Source: Leptospirales bacterium (GTDB lineage: Bacteria > Spirochaetota > Leptospiria > Turneriellales > JAOUFE01). Taken from it: 53,767 nt of DNA. Positions 10,126 to 21,095 of the stretch are shown piece after piece. The position numbers were made by a program, and so were the translations under genes. Within the stretch, counting starts at the first letter, position 1. Each line of letters begins with the position of its first letter. Below the pieces are notes generated by a model. It was not told the origin of the DNA. It was given only the letters and a program-made list of their open reading frames with translations, and ran no database searches. The stretch is taken from assembly GCA_040326155.1 (NCBI GenBank), contig JBEQLE010000006.1:36569-90335 (forward strand), given 5' to 3'.

Positions 10126-10302
10126 TGCCGATAACAAATTTTGATCTGCTCAGGCGCGCCTTCGGGGTTCGCATTGTTTTATACTTCGAGTTGTATTTTA
10201 CTTTTATAGAGACAGTATATCAATTGTTTTTTTGAAAATGCTCAACCACATTTCGGAACTACCTACGCTTATCCCCGCAGGCTCTCTCAAATCATGTTAA
10301 TC
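10126..10302 (+). other. Long attC-like site of the outer cassette
   Basis: TGCCGATAAC-5 nt-TTGA ... TCAA-5 nt-GTTAATC; partial internal pairing (CTGC/GCAG, GCATT/AATGC). Confidence 0.5.
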
Positions 10303-10359
10303 CTGTAAATCCTGTCCTCTTATCCTCCTCTTTTCCTGTCTCCCTTCCTGCCTTCCTTA
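10283..10359. repeat. Right half of dispersed inverted-repeat element
   Basis: AATCATGTTAATCCTGTAAATCCTGTC ... TTCCTGCCTTCCTTA, inverted relative to 8553-8622. Confidence 0.85.
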
Positions 10360-10397
10360 CAAAAAATATCTCTATAAGCATAAACAGATCTGTAGTG

Positions 10398-10479
10398 CGG
10401 TCGCATTCCGAACGATATACCTGGGAAGATTGTACCTTTACAATTCTAAAATACTGATTGGGTAGACGGCCAAATTATT
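10398..10479 (-). repeat. 82-bp dispersed 3'-end repeat, copy 1
   Basis: AATAATTTGGCCG...GTAAAGGTA...CCAGGT...TTCGGAATGCGACCG; ungapped match to 25674-25755 and 27999-28080. Confidence 0.75.
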
Positions 10480-12526
10480 CGAATTCAGCGATTGCGGTTT
10501 CGGCGGCCATCATGTGTTTCATGGAGCCCCAAAAAGAGAAACCATTTACGCCGGAGTCGTAGGTGGCTTGAATCTGGTCTTTAAAGTACTGCTTTCCATA
10601 GCCCCATAGTTTGGTTTTCATGGGAAAAGCCTGCAGGTAGGGACGAATTACAAAATTTTCTCGGGAAAGGTAAACGCCACGAGATACGCTTCTTTTGATT
10701 AGTTCATAGGTACGTTTTGCAAAAGGGAGATTCGTCATGTATAAATCGCCAAAATGAGAGCTGTATAACATGGGGGATATAACGTCTGCGTGTCTTCCGT
10801 AGGCTTCAATGTCCTGGCCGATTATACCGGATGCTCGGTAGAGTCCATTGTATCCATATACGTCGACGCCGAGTGGAATTTTAATGGCGTTGGACAATGC
10901 ATATAAAAAGTTTTCCATTGCTTCGGAACGATACTGGTCACCTTTTTTATGAGTAAATTTGCATCGGTAGACGCCTCCATCGGAAGGGAAACGAATGTAG
11001 TCAAGTTGAACTTCGTCAATGCCGATTTTTTCAAGTTCTTGAACCAGGGGGATATAATAGTTTGTTGCAATGTCGGAACTGTATGGGTCGACCCATCTTT
11101 CGCCTTCTAAGCCTATCCAGTTTTTTCCAGTTTTTCGATCTTTAATAGCGTACCCTTTTTGTTTGTATAAAACGGGGTCTTTAAAAACAACGATACGCGC
11201 GACTATATATTTATTTAGTTTATGAACTTCTTCAATAAAGCTTCGCAGATCTATGGGTGATTTTACTGCGCCAATTTTTTTTGCATATTCTACTTGTGAA
11301 TTATAGCGAAGGTAACCAAAGTCGTCTTTGACATCGATGACAATACCGTTATATTTGCCCCCGTTTAGTAACTTTAAAATATTCTTTTTTTTGTCTTTAA
11401 AGTTATACGCCGAACTGTAAAACAGTTTTTTACTTTTAGCTTTTTGTATTCGTTTTGCCTTTTGCGCTGTGGGTGGCCTGTAGCGATTATTGTAAATTGC
11501 CGTTAAGCCCGGGTTTTGCTTCGACTCGAACATAAAATAGTGAAGTCTTTGGCCAAAGAATTTTTTATATTCTGACCAGCCATGAAACTTGCTTGTCAAA
11601 GTTTTACCTTCATTATTAACTTTTGAAACTTTAGAAATAATAACTAGACCTGCATCTGTCGAAACCCAAATTGTTTTTTCGTCCGAAGACGTTGAAATAA
11701 AGTTTACGTCGTCAATTTCAGGAGCTTCTTTAGGCCATGGTAGAGCGCGAAAACTTTTGGCACCTTTAGATTTGTAATGGACCGCTCCGTGAATTCCCGA
11801 ACCAATATAAATTGCCCCTGAGGGCCCAATGTGAATTGCACGAACTTCTTCGTATAATCGAATATTTTTACTATGAGAAATATAAGGCAACCCCGTTGCT
11901 GTTTTTTTGAAATAGAGTTTTTTCCTTTTTTTTGCGTTGGAAACCCCGTTTTCGGCTATAAAAAGCCCGTTTAAAGCAGTTCCTATATAAAGATTTTTTC
12001 CATCGGAGGCAAAAGATGTAAATAGTTTACCGCTGGAAATATCGTGTGATACCGTTTTTGACTTTTCAGTTTCTGAACTTTTTTCATTATCCGGTTTATT
12101 TGAAATTTGAGTGATGTGCCCAAAAGATGCCAGACTGTGTTTATGCAAAAGAAAACTTGAATTCAGGTCCAGCCCTATTAATTCTCGAAAGGAATCTTCA
12201 AACGAAACCAGTCTTTTCTGGGCAATTGTAGTTTCTTCTACCTGAAAATTATCAAGATGAATGAAGGTCAATGGTCCATGCATTTTTGCATAAGCAATTT
12301 TACCTGTTGTTAACCTCAGCAAACGTATTCTATCGGAGGACTTAAGCGAAACAACCTTTTTACCAGAATAATAGATACCTCGTTCATCGGCTGATACAAT
12401 TAATTTCAGGGTGTTTTTGACGCTATTTGCCTGAAGCTGGTAACAGGAAAACAGACTCGTGATGCCCAGGAGGCCAAAAAGGCCAACAATATATAAATTG
12501 GTATATTGAAAATAGTTTCGTTTCAT
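10475..12526 (-). CDS. Putative glycoside hydrolase (DUF4015-like) lipoprotein
   Basis: Lipobox-like LFSC; VIDVKDDFG, ARIVVFKDP, DEVQLDYIRFP, SPMLYSSHF, RPYLQAF. Confidence 0.8.
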   Translation of the reverse strand: MKRNYFQYTNLYIVGLFGLLGITSLFSCYQLQANSVKNTLKLIVSADERGIYYSGKKVVSLKSSDRIRLLRLTTGKIAYAKMHGPLTFIHLDNFQVEETTIAQKRLVSFEDSFRELIGLDLNSSFLLHKHSLASFGHITQISNKPDNEKSSETEKSKTVSHDISSGKLFTSFASDGKNLYIGTALNGLFIAENGVSNAKKRKKLYFKKTATGLPYISHSKNIRLYEEVRAIHIGPSGAIYIGSGIHGAVHYKSKGAKSFRALPWPKEAPEIDDVNFISTSSDEKTIWVSTDAGLVIISKVSKVNNEGKTLTSKFHGWSEYKKFFGQRLHYFMFESKQNPGLTAIYNNRYRPPTAQKAKRIQKAKSKKLFYSSAYNFKDKKKNILKLLNGGKYNGIVIDVKDDFGYLRYNSQVEYAKKIGAVKSPIDLRSFIEEVHKLNKYIVARIVVFKDPVLYKQKGYAIKDRKTGKNWIGLEGERWVDPYSSDIATNYYIPLVQELEKIGIDEVQLDYIRFPSDGGVYRCKFTHKKGDQYRSEAMENFLYALSNAIKIPLGVDVYGYNGLYRASGIIGQDIEAYGRHADVISPMLYSSHFGDLYMTNLPFAKRTYELIKRSVSRGVYLSRENFVIRPYLQAFPMKTKLWGYGKQYFKDQIQATYDSGVNGFSFWGSMKHMMAAETAIAEFE

Positions 12527-12559
12527 TAGATTCTCTTTTTATACTATGGTACCCTTTTC

Positions 12560-13066
12560 TTACCGCTTTTGAGCAGAATCAACATGGGCTTGATCGGGTA
12601 TGGGAATAGGTATGAAGATATGAATTATACATTTAAGGGTAAACGTAACAAACAAGGGAATATACACTGTGACTATCCAATTTGTGTCGTCAAACTCGGA
12701 AGTTTTCCAGGCTGTGTAAATAAAAATTCCCAGAATAACGGAAGTCGCCAGGTATAAAAGCGGGTTTAAAAACCGCGCCAGTTTTTCAGGATAATATTGA
12801 CGTAGAAAATCGATTCGAATAACCTCATTTCGGCTTACTCCGATGGAGGCGCCTAATAGGCCGACAATAATAATCATATGAGGAAGAGTCGTACCTATCC
12901 AATCGGCTAAATTGATGGACCATTCAGATTGTAAGAAATTGCGTATAAGAAGGTTCGCTAAAGAAAAAAGAACGATTGCTGAAAAAGCCAAAATACCCAC
13001 TCCGGTTTCGATAAAAACTAGTATTTTGTCAGCTTGTTTGAATTTGTCGACCACTGTGTGACACAA
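12560..13066 (-). CDS. TRAP transporter small permease (DctQ-like)
   Basis: Four TM helices, LGASIGVSRNEVIRID motif. Confidence 0.65.
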   Translation of the reverse strand: MCHTVVDKFKQADKILVFIETGVGILAFSAIVLFSLANLLIRNFLQSEWSINLADWIGTTLPHMIIIVGLLGASIGVSRNEVIRIDFLRQYYPEKLARFLNPLLYLATSVILGIFIYTAWKTSEFDDTNWIVTVYIPLFVTFTLKCIIHIFIPIPIPDQAHVDSAQKR

Positions 13067-13144
13067 TTATGATGGTAATCAAAACGACAAGGATGAAATG
13101 ATTTGACGTTGACACATCGAAAGACAGAAAGTTTGTATCCGATT

Positions 13145-13666
13145 ATGTGGCTATGGGTGGGGTTAGGAAACCCCGGTAAAAAATACGAAAACACGAGACA
13201 TAACATTGGCGCGATTATGCTGCGTCATGTTGCTCCAGAATACATATCTTATTCAATCGATAAAAGCATGAACGGCGAGCTTGCGAAAATGAAAACCGAT
13301 GAAGATCATCTTTTGCTTATTCCTCTGACGTTTATGAACCTTTCAGGCGATGCAGTTGTTAAGACGATGAAATACCACAAAATTAAACCCGATAAAATGG
13401 TTGTATTTCATGATGAACTGGAACTCGAACCACTCGATGTACGCTACAAATTTGGCGGCGGGCACAAAGGACACAACGGCCTGCGCGACATTATACAAAA
13501 AATTGGTTCCCCCGATTTTCATAGGTTGCGAATTGGTATCGGACGACCACCGAATCGTGACTACTCTGTTGCCGACTATGTTTTGTCGAGAATGCCTAAA
13601 GATGATATCCCCGACCGGCAAAGCGTTATGGATATATTATTAGACAATAAGCTGCCTGTTTTGTGA
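13145..13666 (+). CDS. pth: Peptidyl-tRNA hydrolase
   Basis: VGLGNPG, TRHNIG, FMNLSG, HDEL, GHNGLRDI, RLRIGIGRP. Confidence 0.96.
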   Translation: MWLWVGLGNPGKKYENTRHNIGAIMLRHVAPEYISYSIDKSMNGELAKMKTDEDHLLLIPLTFMNLSGDAVVKTMKYHKIKPDKMVVFHDELELEPLDVRYKFGGGHKGHNGLRDIIQKIGSPDFHRLRIGIGRPPNRDYSVADYVLSRMPKDDIPDRQSVMDILLDNKLPVL

Positions 13667-13761
13667 AATTACCAGAATATATAACTTCTTAAATATTATT
13701 GTTGATAAACATCATTGACCAGGAATATATGTTAATTTTTTATTTAGATGGATACACTAGT

Positions 13762-13940
13762 GCTGTGACTGGATGGATGTTACATTAGCTTATTTCAATA
13801 TAATCTATCTAGTCACAGCTTAAGTCATAGACCAACCGGTCATAGACTCTGAGTGCAAAAGGCACTTCGAGTGGCGTTTCCGCTTGAATTTGTGAAGCGG
13901 TAGCCGTTGGCTAGCCGACGGCTAGCGGAACAAATTAAAA
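13762..13940. other. Intergenic segment with several hairpins and a palindrome
   Basis: 17-bp stem 13762-13778 / 13803-13819; GTCATAGAC direct repeat; near-perfect 24-bp palindrome 13901-13924. Confidence 0.6.
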
Positions 13941-13950
13941 AGACACGGCA

Positions 13951-14544
13951 CTAGAAGGACCACCCTATATCAAACTGAAGTGTAAAATAATCCCACATAT
14001 AAGAATTTTCCCGATATAAGACCTCTTCATCATATTCACTCTGTTCAGTGAATTCAACTAAATGTGCTAAACGGACCCCGAAAGTAAAACCGCTTTTCAA
14101 TACCCATTGGTGCCCAAATTCGTAACCTATGCTAAAACTCTGATTCACACTATCCAGGTATGTGCTAGTGCTGAAACTTGAACTATTTGCATACGAAAAA
14201 GCTGGGCCAATATATAAACCATTTAGACCAGTTATCCCAACTTTTTTATTAAAGGCTGCAAAATTAATTCTATATCCGACACCAAGGGAATATCCATTGG
14301 CATAATAACTATTAATAATACCTGCATTCAAATTTAAATGACTAAAACTGTTTACAGCCAGGTTCACCTGTGCCATGAGTGCAAAATTATCTCCAAACAT
14401 TATATCGTATAGAACTTGAAGTGGTTTAACCGAAAGGACTATCGCAACTTTTTTCTCTTTAACTTCGGTCACACTGGCTACCTGAGAAATAGGTAAAAAT
14501 AGAAATAACGAAACTAAAGAAAAAAGAACCAAAGATTTAATCAT
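13951..14544 (-). CDS. Putative outer-membrane beta-barrel protein (DUF3575-like)
   Basis: Signal peptide, GLYIGP, C-terminal FDIGWSF beta-signal. Confidence 0.65.
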   Translation of the reverse strand: MIKSLVLFSLVSLFLFLPISQVASVTEVKEKKVAIVLSVKPLQVLYDIMFGDNFALMAQVNLAVNSFSHLNLNAGIINSYYANGYSLGVGYRINFAAFNKKVGITGLNGLYIGPAFSYANSSSFSTSTYLDSVNQSFSIGYEFGHQWVLKSGFTFGVRLAHLVEFTEQSEYDEEVLYRENSYMWDYFTLQFDIGWSF

Positions 14545-14545
14545 A

Positions 14546-15172
14546 TCAGAAAGCCCAGCCTATGTCAAAAAACATAGAAAATTCATTGTATGTTGTCGAA
14601 GTTTTTTTAATTGTCTCGCCATAAGTTTTTATATAGTTGGTAAATTTTTTATCAATAAATTTATATTGATACGACAACCTTAAACCAAAGCTTAAACCAG
14701 CTTTAAAAATTCCCAGTAACCCTGTCTCTATACCTACACCTATAGCTGTTTCATCAAGAATTCCTTTAGGTTTGATGCGTGAGAAATATTCATTCTTTGA
14801 AAAAACGGGGCCAATATAAATTCCACTGTGACGATCTACGTTCAATTTTTGATCTAGCGACCAAAGCGTGTAACGAAAACCAAGTTCAGTTCCAGGTCCA
14901 ACTTTGGTACTACGGGTATGAAATTCTTTAATATTAAAATGAAAACGATTTCCCAGGAAAATATTAAGTTGCCCTCCCCAAATATAAGATTGCATTTCTG
15001 GAATAAGCATTGTTCCAAACCCAATAAATACTACAAACTTTTTTTCTTTATACTCTTTTATTTCCTTTGTTTCCTTTGTTTCCTTTGTTTCTTCACTATA
15101 AACAAAAGTCGTTATAATTAAATTTAAAATCAGGATAATTAGTATTTTATTAAATTGAACAGCTCTACTCAT
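14546..15172 (-). CDS. Putative outer-membrane beta-barrel protein (paralog of neighbour)
   Basis: Signal peptide, GIYIGP, C-terminal FDIGWAF; ETK-type 9-bp repeats near the N-terminus. Confidence 0.65.
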   Translation of the reverse strand: MSRAVQFNKILIILILNLIITTFVYSEETKETKETKEIKEYKEKKFVVFIGFGTMLIPEMQSYIWGGQLNIFLGNRFHFNIKEFHTRSTKVGPGTELGFRYTLWSLDQKLNVDRHSGIYIGPVFSKNEYFSRIKPKGILDETAIGVGIETGLLGIFKAGLSFGLRLSYQYKFIDKKFTNYIKTYGETIKKTSTTYNEFSMFFDIGWAF

Positions 15173-15336
15173 TTTTGTTTCACTTTATCTTTCATTTGTA
15201 TTTAGCTTTTTAGCCTACACTATTATTTCGTGATTATATGCAATGTCAACCATAAATTACATTAACGCCTTAAAATTCACGTTGCCTGCCAGCTTCGCCT
15301 AACGTGGAGACCTAATAAATATTTTCCAGATCGTGG

Positions 15337-15549
15337 TCTTCCTGCCTTCCTGATCAAAACCCTGAATGTATCCACGAAGAAAGAATTTGACAAGGAAGGC
15401 AGGAAGAAAGGAAAGCAGGAAAAGAAACTAAGATGACAAAAAATGGATAACCACAAAACGCAAATCCCTCCTGTTAATCCTGTTAATCCTGTTAATCCTG
15501 TCTAATTCTCTCCTCTCTTCCTCTTTTCCTGTAATTCCTGCCTTCCTTA
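15337..15549. repeat. Composite copy of the GGAAGGCAGGAA / 9-mer repeat family
   Basis: Perfect 15-bp inverted repeat 15337-15351 / 15393-15407; (CCTGTTAAT)x3 + CCTGTC at 15470-15502; TTCCTGCCTTCCTTA ending at 15549. Confidence 0.85.
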
Positions 15550-15616
15550 GATACTTCTTACGTTGCAAAGTTTGGTTGACGGTGAGTTTGAAAAAGTAAG
15601 CTTATCTACATTATAA

Positions 15617-16639
<1,023 letters not shown>

Positions 16640-16654
16640 TTCCAGGTAATAAAA

Positions 16655-17410
16655 ATGGCAGGTCATTCTAAATGGGCAAATATCAAGCACCGCAAAGGAG
16701 CGCAAGACGCTAAGCGGGGGCAGCAGTTTACTAAAATAGCAAAAGAGATTATAATCTCGGCGAAACTCGGGGGTGGTGATATGAATACCAACCCCCGGCT
16801 TCGCGCTGCAATTGCGAAAGGTCGAGCCGGCAATATGCCGAAAGACAACATTGAGAAGGCCATTAAAAAAGGGACCGGTGAACTCGAAGGTGTCAATTAC
16901 GAAGAAATTCTATACGAAGCCTACGGACCCCATGGCATAGCTATTATTATTGAAGTGTTAACCGACAAAAAGTCACGAACTATACCCGAATTAAAGAATA
17001 TACTGATGAAATCAAGCGGAAACCTGGCTGAAGCCGGTTCTGTCTCTTATCTATTCGATCATCTTGGCATTATACTGATTGAAGGTGAAAATATTGTTGA
17101 AGATGAACTTCTAGAATTTGTTATTGAATCGGGCGCGGATGATTTTGAAAAAGACGATGAAAATATATATGTAATTAAAACACAAAAAGAAAATTTTCAT
17201 GCTGCTTTGACTACCCTTACCCCGATGTTCGAAGAAAAAAGCTGGAAAATTCTTGCTTCTGAACTTCGCTATGTTCCCAAAAATCTAATTGAGCTTGATA
17301 AAGATAAAGAAGATAAAGTATTAAAACTCATCGACATTCTGGACGATCACGATGATATTCAGAATGTATATTCCAACCTGGAAGAATCAAGCGAAGAAGA
17401 AACCGGTTAA
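16655..17410 (+). CDS. yebC: YebC/PmpR family protein
   Basis: MAGHSKWANIKHRK, YEAYGP, DDIQNVYSN. Confidence 0.96.
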   Translation: MAGHSKWANIKHRKGAQDAKRGQQFTKIAKEIIISAKLGGGDMNTNPRLRAAIAKGRAGNMPKDNIEKAIKKGTGELEGVNYEEILYEAYGPHGIAIIIEVLTDKKSRTIPELKNILMKSSGNLAEAGSVSYLFDHLGIILIEGENIVEDELLEFVIESGADDFEKDDENIYVIKTQKENFHAALTTLTPMFEEKSWKILASELRYVPKNLIELDKDKEDKVLKLIDILDDHDDIQNVYSNLEESSEEETG

Positions 17411-17937
17411 TGATTTTTCTCGGGCTTGATCCCGGTTATGCTCGTCTCGGTTTTGGCGTAGTACAAACTGGACAAACCGGAAAAACTGAAACAAAGGCAA
17501 ACGCTCACTCCATGCCCAAATATGTGGATTGCGGAGTCATTGAAACCCCCTCTACTGAAAAAGAACCAGCACGACTGGCCACAATTGAGGCCAAATTGAC
17601 GGAACTTTTGCATAAATACAATGTGGAGTGTTGCGCGGTTGAAAAACTCTATTTTGGTAAAAATCTGACGACCGGTGTATCGGTATTGCAAGCGCGCGGT
17701 GTTTTGCTTTTGACCCTGCATAAATTTAATATTGCTCCCATTGAGGTCTCGCCCAATGAAGTCAAGAAAATGATTTCAGGGTTCGGTCATGCAGGCAAAA
17801 GTCAAATGCAATTAGTTGTTAAAAACATATTAAAACTAAAAGAAATTCCCAAACCGGATGACGCTGCCGATGGACTTGCACTTGCGCTTTACGCCTGGCT
17901 GTACAATCGAAATCATAAAATTCATAGAGGTGTATAA
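17410..17937 (+). CDS. ruvC: Crossover junction endodeoxyribonuclease
   Basis: GLDPG, VEKLYF, QARGV, PDDAADGLA. Confidence 0.96.
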   Translation: MIFLGLDPGYARLGFGVVQTGQTGKTETKANAHSMPKYVDCGVIETPSTEKEPARLATIEAKLTELLHKYNVECCAVEKLYFGKNLTTGVSVLQARGVLLLTLHKFNIAPIEVSPNEVKKMISGFGHAGKSQMQLVVKNILKLKEIPKPDDAADGLALALYAWLYNRNHKIHRGV

Positions 17938-18581
17938 TGATAGGAAGTTTAGAAGGTAAAGTACAGAAATTAAAACCATTTGAGGCCGTAATCTCCTGTT
18001 CTGGAGTCGGGTATGTTGCCCTGATTACTTTGCAGGCTTTTGAATATTTAAACAAGCTTGAACCAGAAAACGATGCTTTCTTACACATTAGAACCATATC
18101 AAAAGATACCGGTGTTACTTTATACGGCTTTTCAAATGAATCGGAATTAGCGCTTTTCGACTTTCTAATTTCGTTACAAGGAATTGGTCCTAAGAATGCT
18201 CTCAACCTGATTTCTCACTTAGGCGAAAAAGAGTTGCTCACGGCTTTAACGGAAGAAAACTCCGGTTTGATAATAAAAACTCCGGGCGTTGGGCAATCCA
18301 AGGCAAAGAAAATTTTGTTCGAAGCTCAACAAAAAAAGAAAAAATTGAAAGAGATTATGCTTTCCATCGACCAACCTTCACAAGGTGCCGCCCGAGAGAG
18401 CATAAATGTTGTACTTGAAACCGTATACGAAGCTTTACAAAACCTTGGCTTTCAAATTAAAGAAATAGAAAAAGCAAAAACCCGCATTGACTTTACCACA
18501 GACTCAGGTGAAACCGAAAAACCCCCGCTCGATTATAACCACATGCAAGACTGGATACGCCTCTATCTAAAATACTTATAA
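17937..18581 (+). CDS. ruvA: Holliday junction branch migration protein
   Basis: MIGSLEG, GVGY, LYGF, GIGPKNAL HhH motifs. Confidence 0.93.
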   Translation: MIGSLEGKVQKLKPFEAVISCSGVGYVALITLQAFEYLNKLEPENDAFLHIRTISKDTGVTLYGFSNESELALFDFLISLQGIGPKNALNLISHLGEKELLTALTEENSGLIIKTPGVGQSKAKKILFEAQQKKKKLKEIMLSIDQPSQGAARESINVVLETVYEALQNLGFQIKEIEKAKTRIDFTTDSGETEKPPLDYNHMQDWIRLYLKYL

Positions 18582-18611
18582 AGAATACTAGAAATAATAA
18601 AAAGATTAGCT

Positions 18612-18842
18612 ATAAGGAACGCAGAAATTGCAGGAAAAGAGGGACAAGGAAGAGAAGAAGAAAAAATTTTGACAGGATTTACATGATTTACAGGTTAAGA
18701 AATTAATAGTGATATGAATTTGGAAGTATTATAATATCAGAAAAGGTGTCATATGCTCAACCCATTTTATATCTTAAAATCATGTTCATCATGTCAATCC
18801 TGTCTAACTCTCTTTCTTTTCCTTACCTTCCTGCCTTCCTTA
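18612..18842. repeat. Complete empty copy of the inverted-repeat element (MITE/REP-like)
   Basis: Outer arms 18612-18629 / 18828-18842; inner 9-mer arrays starting at 18671 and ending at 18804; lies between convergent genes. Confidence 0.85.
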
Positions 18843-21095
18843 TTAAACCATCAATTCAGAATCTTGCGCTTTATCTTGCGGTAGACTGAAATTGTGAACA
18901 AGGGCTGAAACTTCATCAAGTACTTCAACGAGGTTCTGCAACAAGGAATCCAGGCTTTCTGACTGGTCCACGTTTTGCGCTGTAATTTCGTTGGCTCGAC
19001 TCATATCTTCCGTAATTTCCTCAGCAGACTGACTTTGCAGTTTTGTCGCTTCGGCGATCTCTCTGGCAAGTTCCGCTACATTCGTGGCCCGCATAGAGGT
19101 TTGAATTACAGCTTCAGATTGTTTCTGGTCAAAATCACGTACAAGAACAATATCTTTTGCCAGTTTATCCATGGATATAATAATTCTTTCGAAAATATCT
19201 TTTGTGGCTGATACCTTGTCCGTACCAAGTTCCACCTTCTGGTTCGCTGTTCGTAGCAGCCTTGCAATCTCTTTTGCTGAAGCGGAACTTCTTTCTGCCA
19301 GCTCCGAAATTTCCTGCGCCACAACTGAGAACCCTTTACCATGCTCTCCCGCTCGCGCCGCCTCAATAGAAGCGTTCAGAGCCAGAAGGTCAGTCTGGTC
19401 TGCAATATCGTTAATAACGTCAATAATACCAAGAATTCTCTGTGAAGTTTCTGAAATTTCCTCCATGCTACGCATAGAAAGTTCCACAGCAGAACCCCCC
19501 GACCTCGCATGCCGCATTGTCTCTTCTGCCTCACCACTAATCTGAACTTGAATATCAGCAGATTTCGTAAACAGATGCTTTAGCTCTTCCATCGCCCTTG
19601 AGTTTGCTTCTGCGCCAGAAAGCTGTTTTTGCGTTGCTTCGAAAATGCTTTGAGTAGACGCAGAAAGCTCTTCAAGAGAGGCCGAGGCTTCTTCTAGAAG
19701 CGCAGCTTGTTCCTGGGAAGATCGAAGTACATCTCTGGCTTTTGCCGAAGCGTCCATCGAAGTTTCAGAAGCCTTTGATCTGGACATTACAAGAGCTTCC
19801 ACTAGTTTTCGCAGGTTAAATACAGTATGATTCAAGTAAAACTGAAGTTTTCCGAGCTCATCGTTTGTTTCCACTCGAACCAGTTTGGTCAGATCACCCT
19901 CCCCGATTTTTTCAATAAGATTCGCAGAACGGTCAATCGGACCTGTAATTTTTCTGGCATAAAGAAAAATAAATATAAGAACAACAACAAGAACAATCCC
20001 GGTAGCAATCGCTGTACCAATGAAGACATCTTTTGTGGCGCTCATAACATCGTCCACGGAAGCGCGAGCGATAATACCCCAACCGGTTCCCGAGAATTCG
20101 TCAAAACCTGACTCTTTTGCAATTGCCGTTAAAAATGGTTGATTTAATCTTTCATGTAAAACTTCTTCATGGTGGGCACCGGGGTTTTCATCAATCCAAA
20201 ATGTAACAAATTCAGAATTTAAATCGATCATGTTGTCTGAAAAAGCGTTGTCACCCCAGATTACCAGGCCGGTCTTATCAATAACTGCCAGCTCAAAAGT
20301 TCCCCATTGTCTTTTTAACATGGTCTTTGCAAAATGATAGATATTATCTAAACGGTCGATCGAAAACGCGTTTACCATACAGCCGATCGTTCGTCCGCCT
20401 TCTCGAATAGGCATTGTAAATAATATATTATACTCAGGCAACCCAAGTTCTGCAAATATAACGGATTTTTTTATTAAGGCGGTATAACCTGGTTTTGTCT
20501 GGCCCGGACTCACACATTCGGTAAACCATTCGTCGTCGTTCACGACTTCCGATTTAGCAGTTAACCATTTCCAGTTTCTGACATTCTTTTTGTATAATGA
20601 AGCTGATGCAAGAGAATCGCCATAATTATCAACGGAATTTACCTGACGAACATTCCCTGCGCGATCAATAATCATAATTAAAGAATATTTCTTGTAAATC
20701 TGCACATACTTATTCAATTTCTGCACGACAGAGGAATTTCTTATTGTATGGACGCCCAGTGTAGCCGCTTGCGTTGAAGCGATTAACTCTACAGTAGCGT
20801 AAGAGTCCAAAAGGCCCTCTGTGGTGGTTTCTCGAATAAGGTTCGCCGCATTTACCATTGTACCTGTAGCAGATACCTTCAAGGCTTTTCGAAATTGAAC
20901 AATACCGATACCACCTACAACAATGGGAATTAATAATGAAATCATTACGAAAATCCAGGCAAGCCGTACTTTCAAAGAAGATGAAGTTTTAAACTTTATA
21001 TCTTCATTGTCTGTCGATTTGAAAGTGAGTAGCCTTCCATCATCGGGAATTTCTGAGTCTTCGTCTAGTGGTTCTTTTGTTTTTTGGTCTGCCAT
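18843..21095 (-). CDS. Methyl-accepting chemotaxis protein (Cache-like sensor, HAMP, MA domain)
   Basis: Two TM helices, [40 protein letters not shown]. Confidence 0.95.
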   Translation of the reverse strand: MADQKTKEPLDEDSEIPDDGRLLTFKSTDNEDIKFKTSSSLKVRLAWIFVMISLLIPIVVGGIGIVQFRKALKVSATGTMVNAANLIRETTTEGLLDSYATVELIASTQAATLGVHTIRNSSVVQKLNKYVQIYKKYSLIMIIDRAGNVRQVNSVDNYGDSLASASLYKKNVRNWKWLTAKSEVVNDDEWFTECVSPGQTKPGYTALIKKSVIFAELGLPEYNILFTMPIREGGRTIGCMVNAFSIDRLDNIYHFAKTMLKRQWGTFELAVIDKTGLVIWGDNAFSDNMIDLNSEFVTFWIDENPGAHHEEVLHERLNQPFLTAIAKESGFDEFSGTGWGIIARASVDDVMSATKDVFIGTAIATGIVLVVVLIFIFLYARKITGPIDRSANLIEKIGEGDLTKLVRVETNDELGKLQFYLNHTVFNLRKLVEALVMSRSKASETSMDASAKARDVLRSSQEQAALLEEASASLEELSASTQSIFEATQKQLSGAEANSRAMEELKHLFTKSADIQVQISGEAEETMRHARSGGSAVELSMRSMEEISETSQRILGIIDVINDIADQTDLLALNASIEAARAGEHGKGFSVVAQEISELAERSSASAKEIARLLRTANQKVELGTDKVSATKDIFERIIISMDKLAKDIVLVRDFDQKQSEAVIQTSMRATNVAELAREIAEATKLQSQSAEEITEDMSRANEITAQNVDQSESLDSLLQNLVEVLDEVSALVHNFSLPQDKAQDSELMV

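Larger units (their letters stand above)
8693..10296 (+). mobile_element. Outer cassette-like insertion bounded by G|TTATCGGCA and a TGCCGATAAC...G|TTAATC attC-like site
   Basis: 18-bp inverted repeat 8692-8709 / 10118-10135 (1 mismatch); 17-bp direct repeat 8679-8695 / 10283-10299 (1 mismatch) spanning both junctions. Confidence 0.6.

Noticed and set aside
12560..13066. Orphan TRAP small permease without dctM/dctP
   Set aside because: The assignment is moderate and partner genes could be elsewhere in the genome.
16655..18581. ruvC-ruvA without an adjacent ruvB
   Set aside because: Split ruv loci are common; ruvB may lie outside the window.
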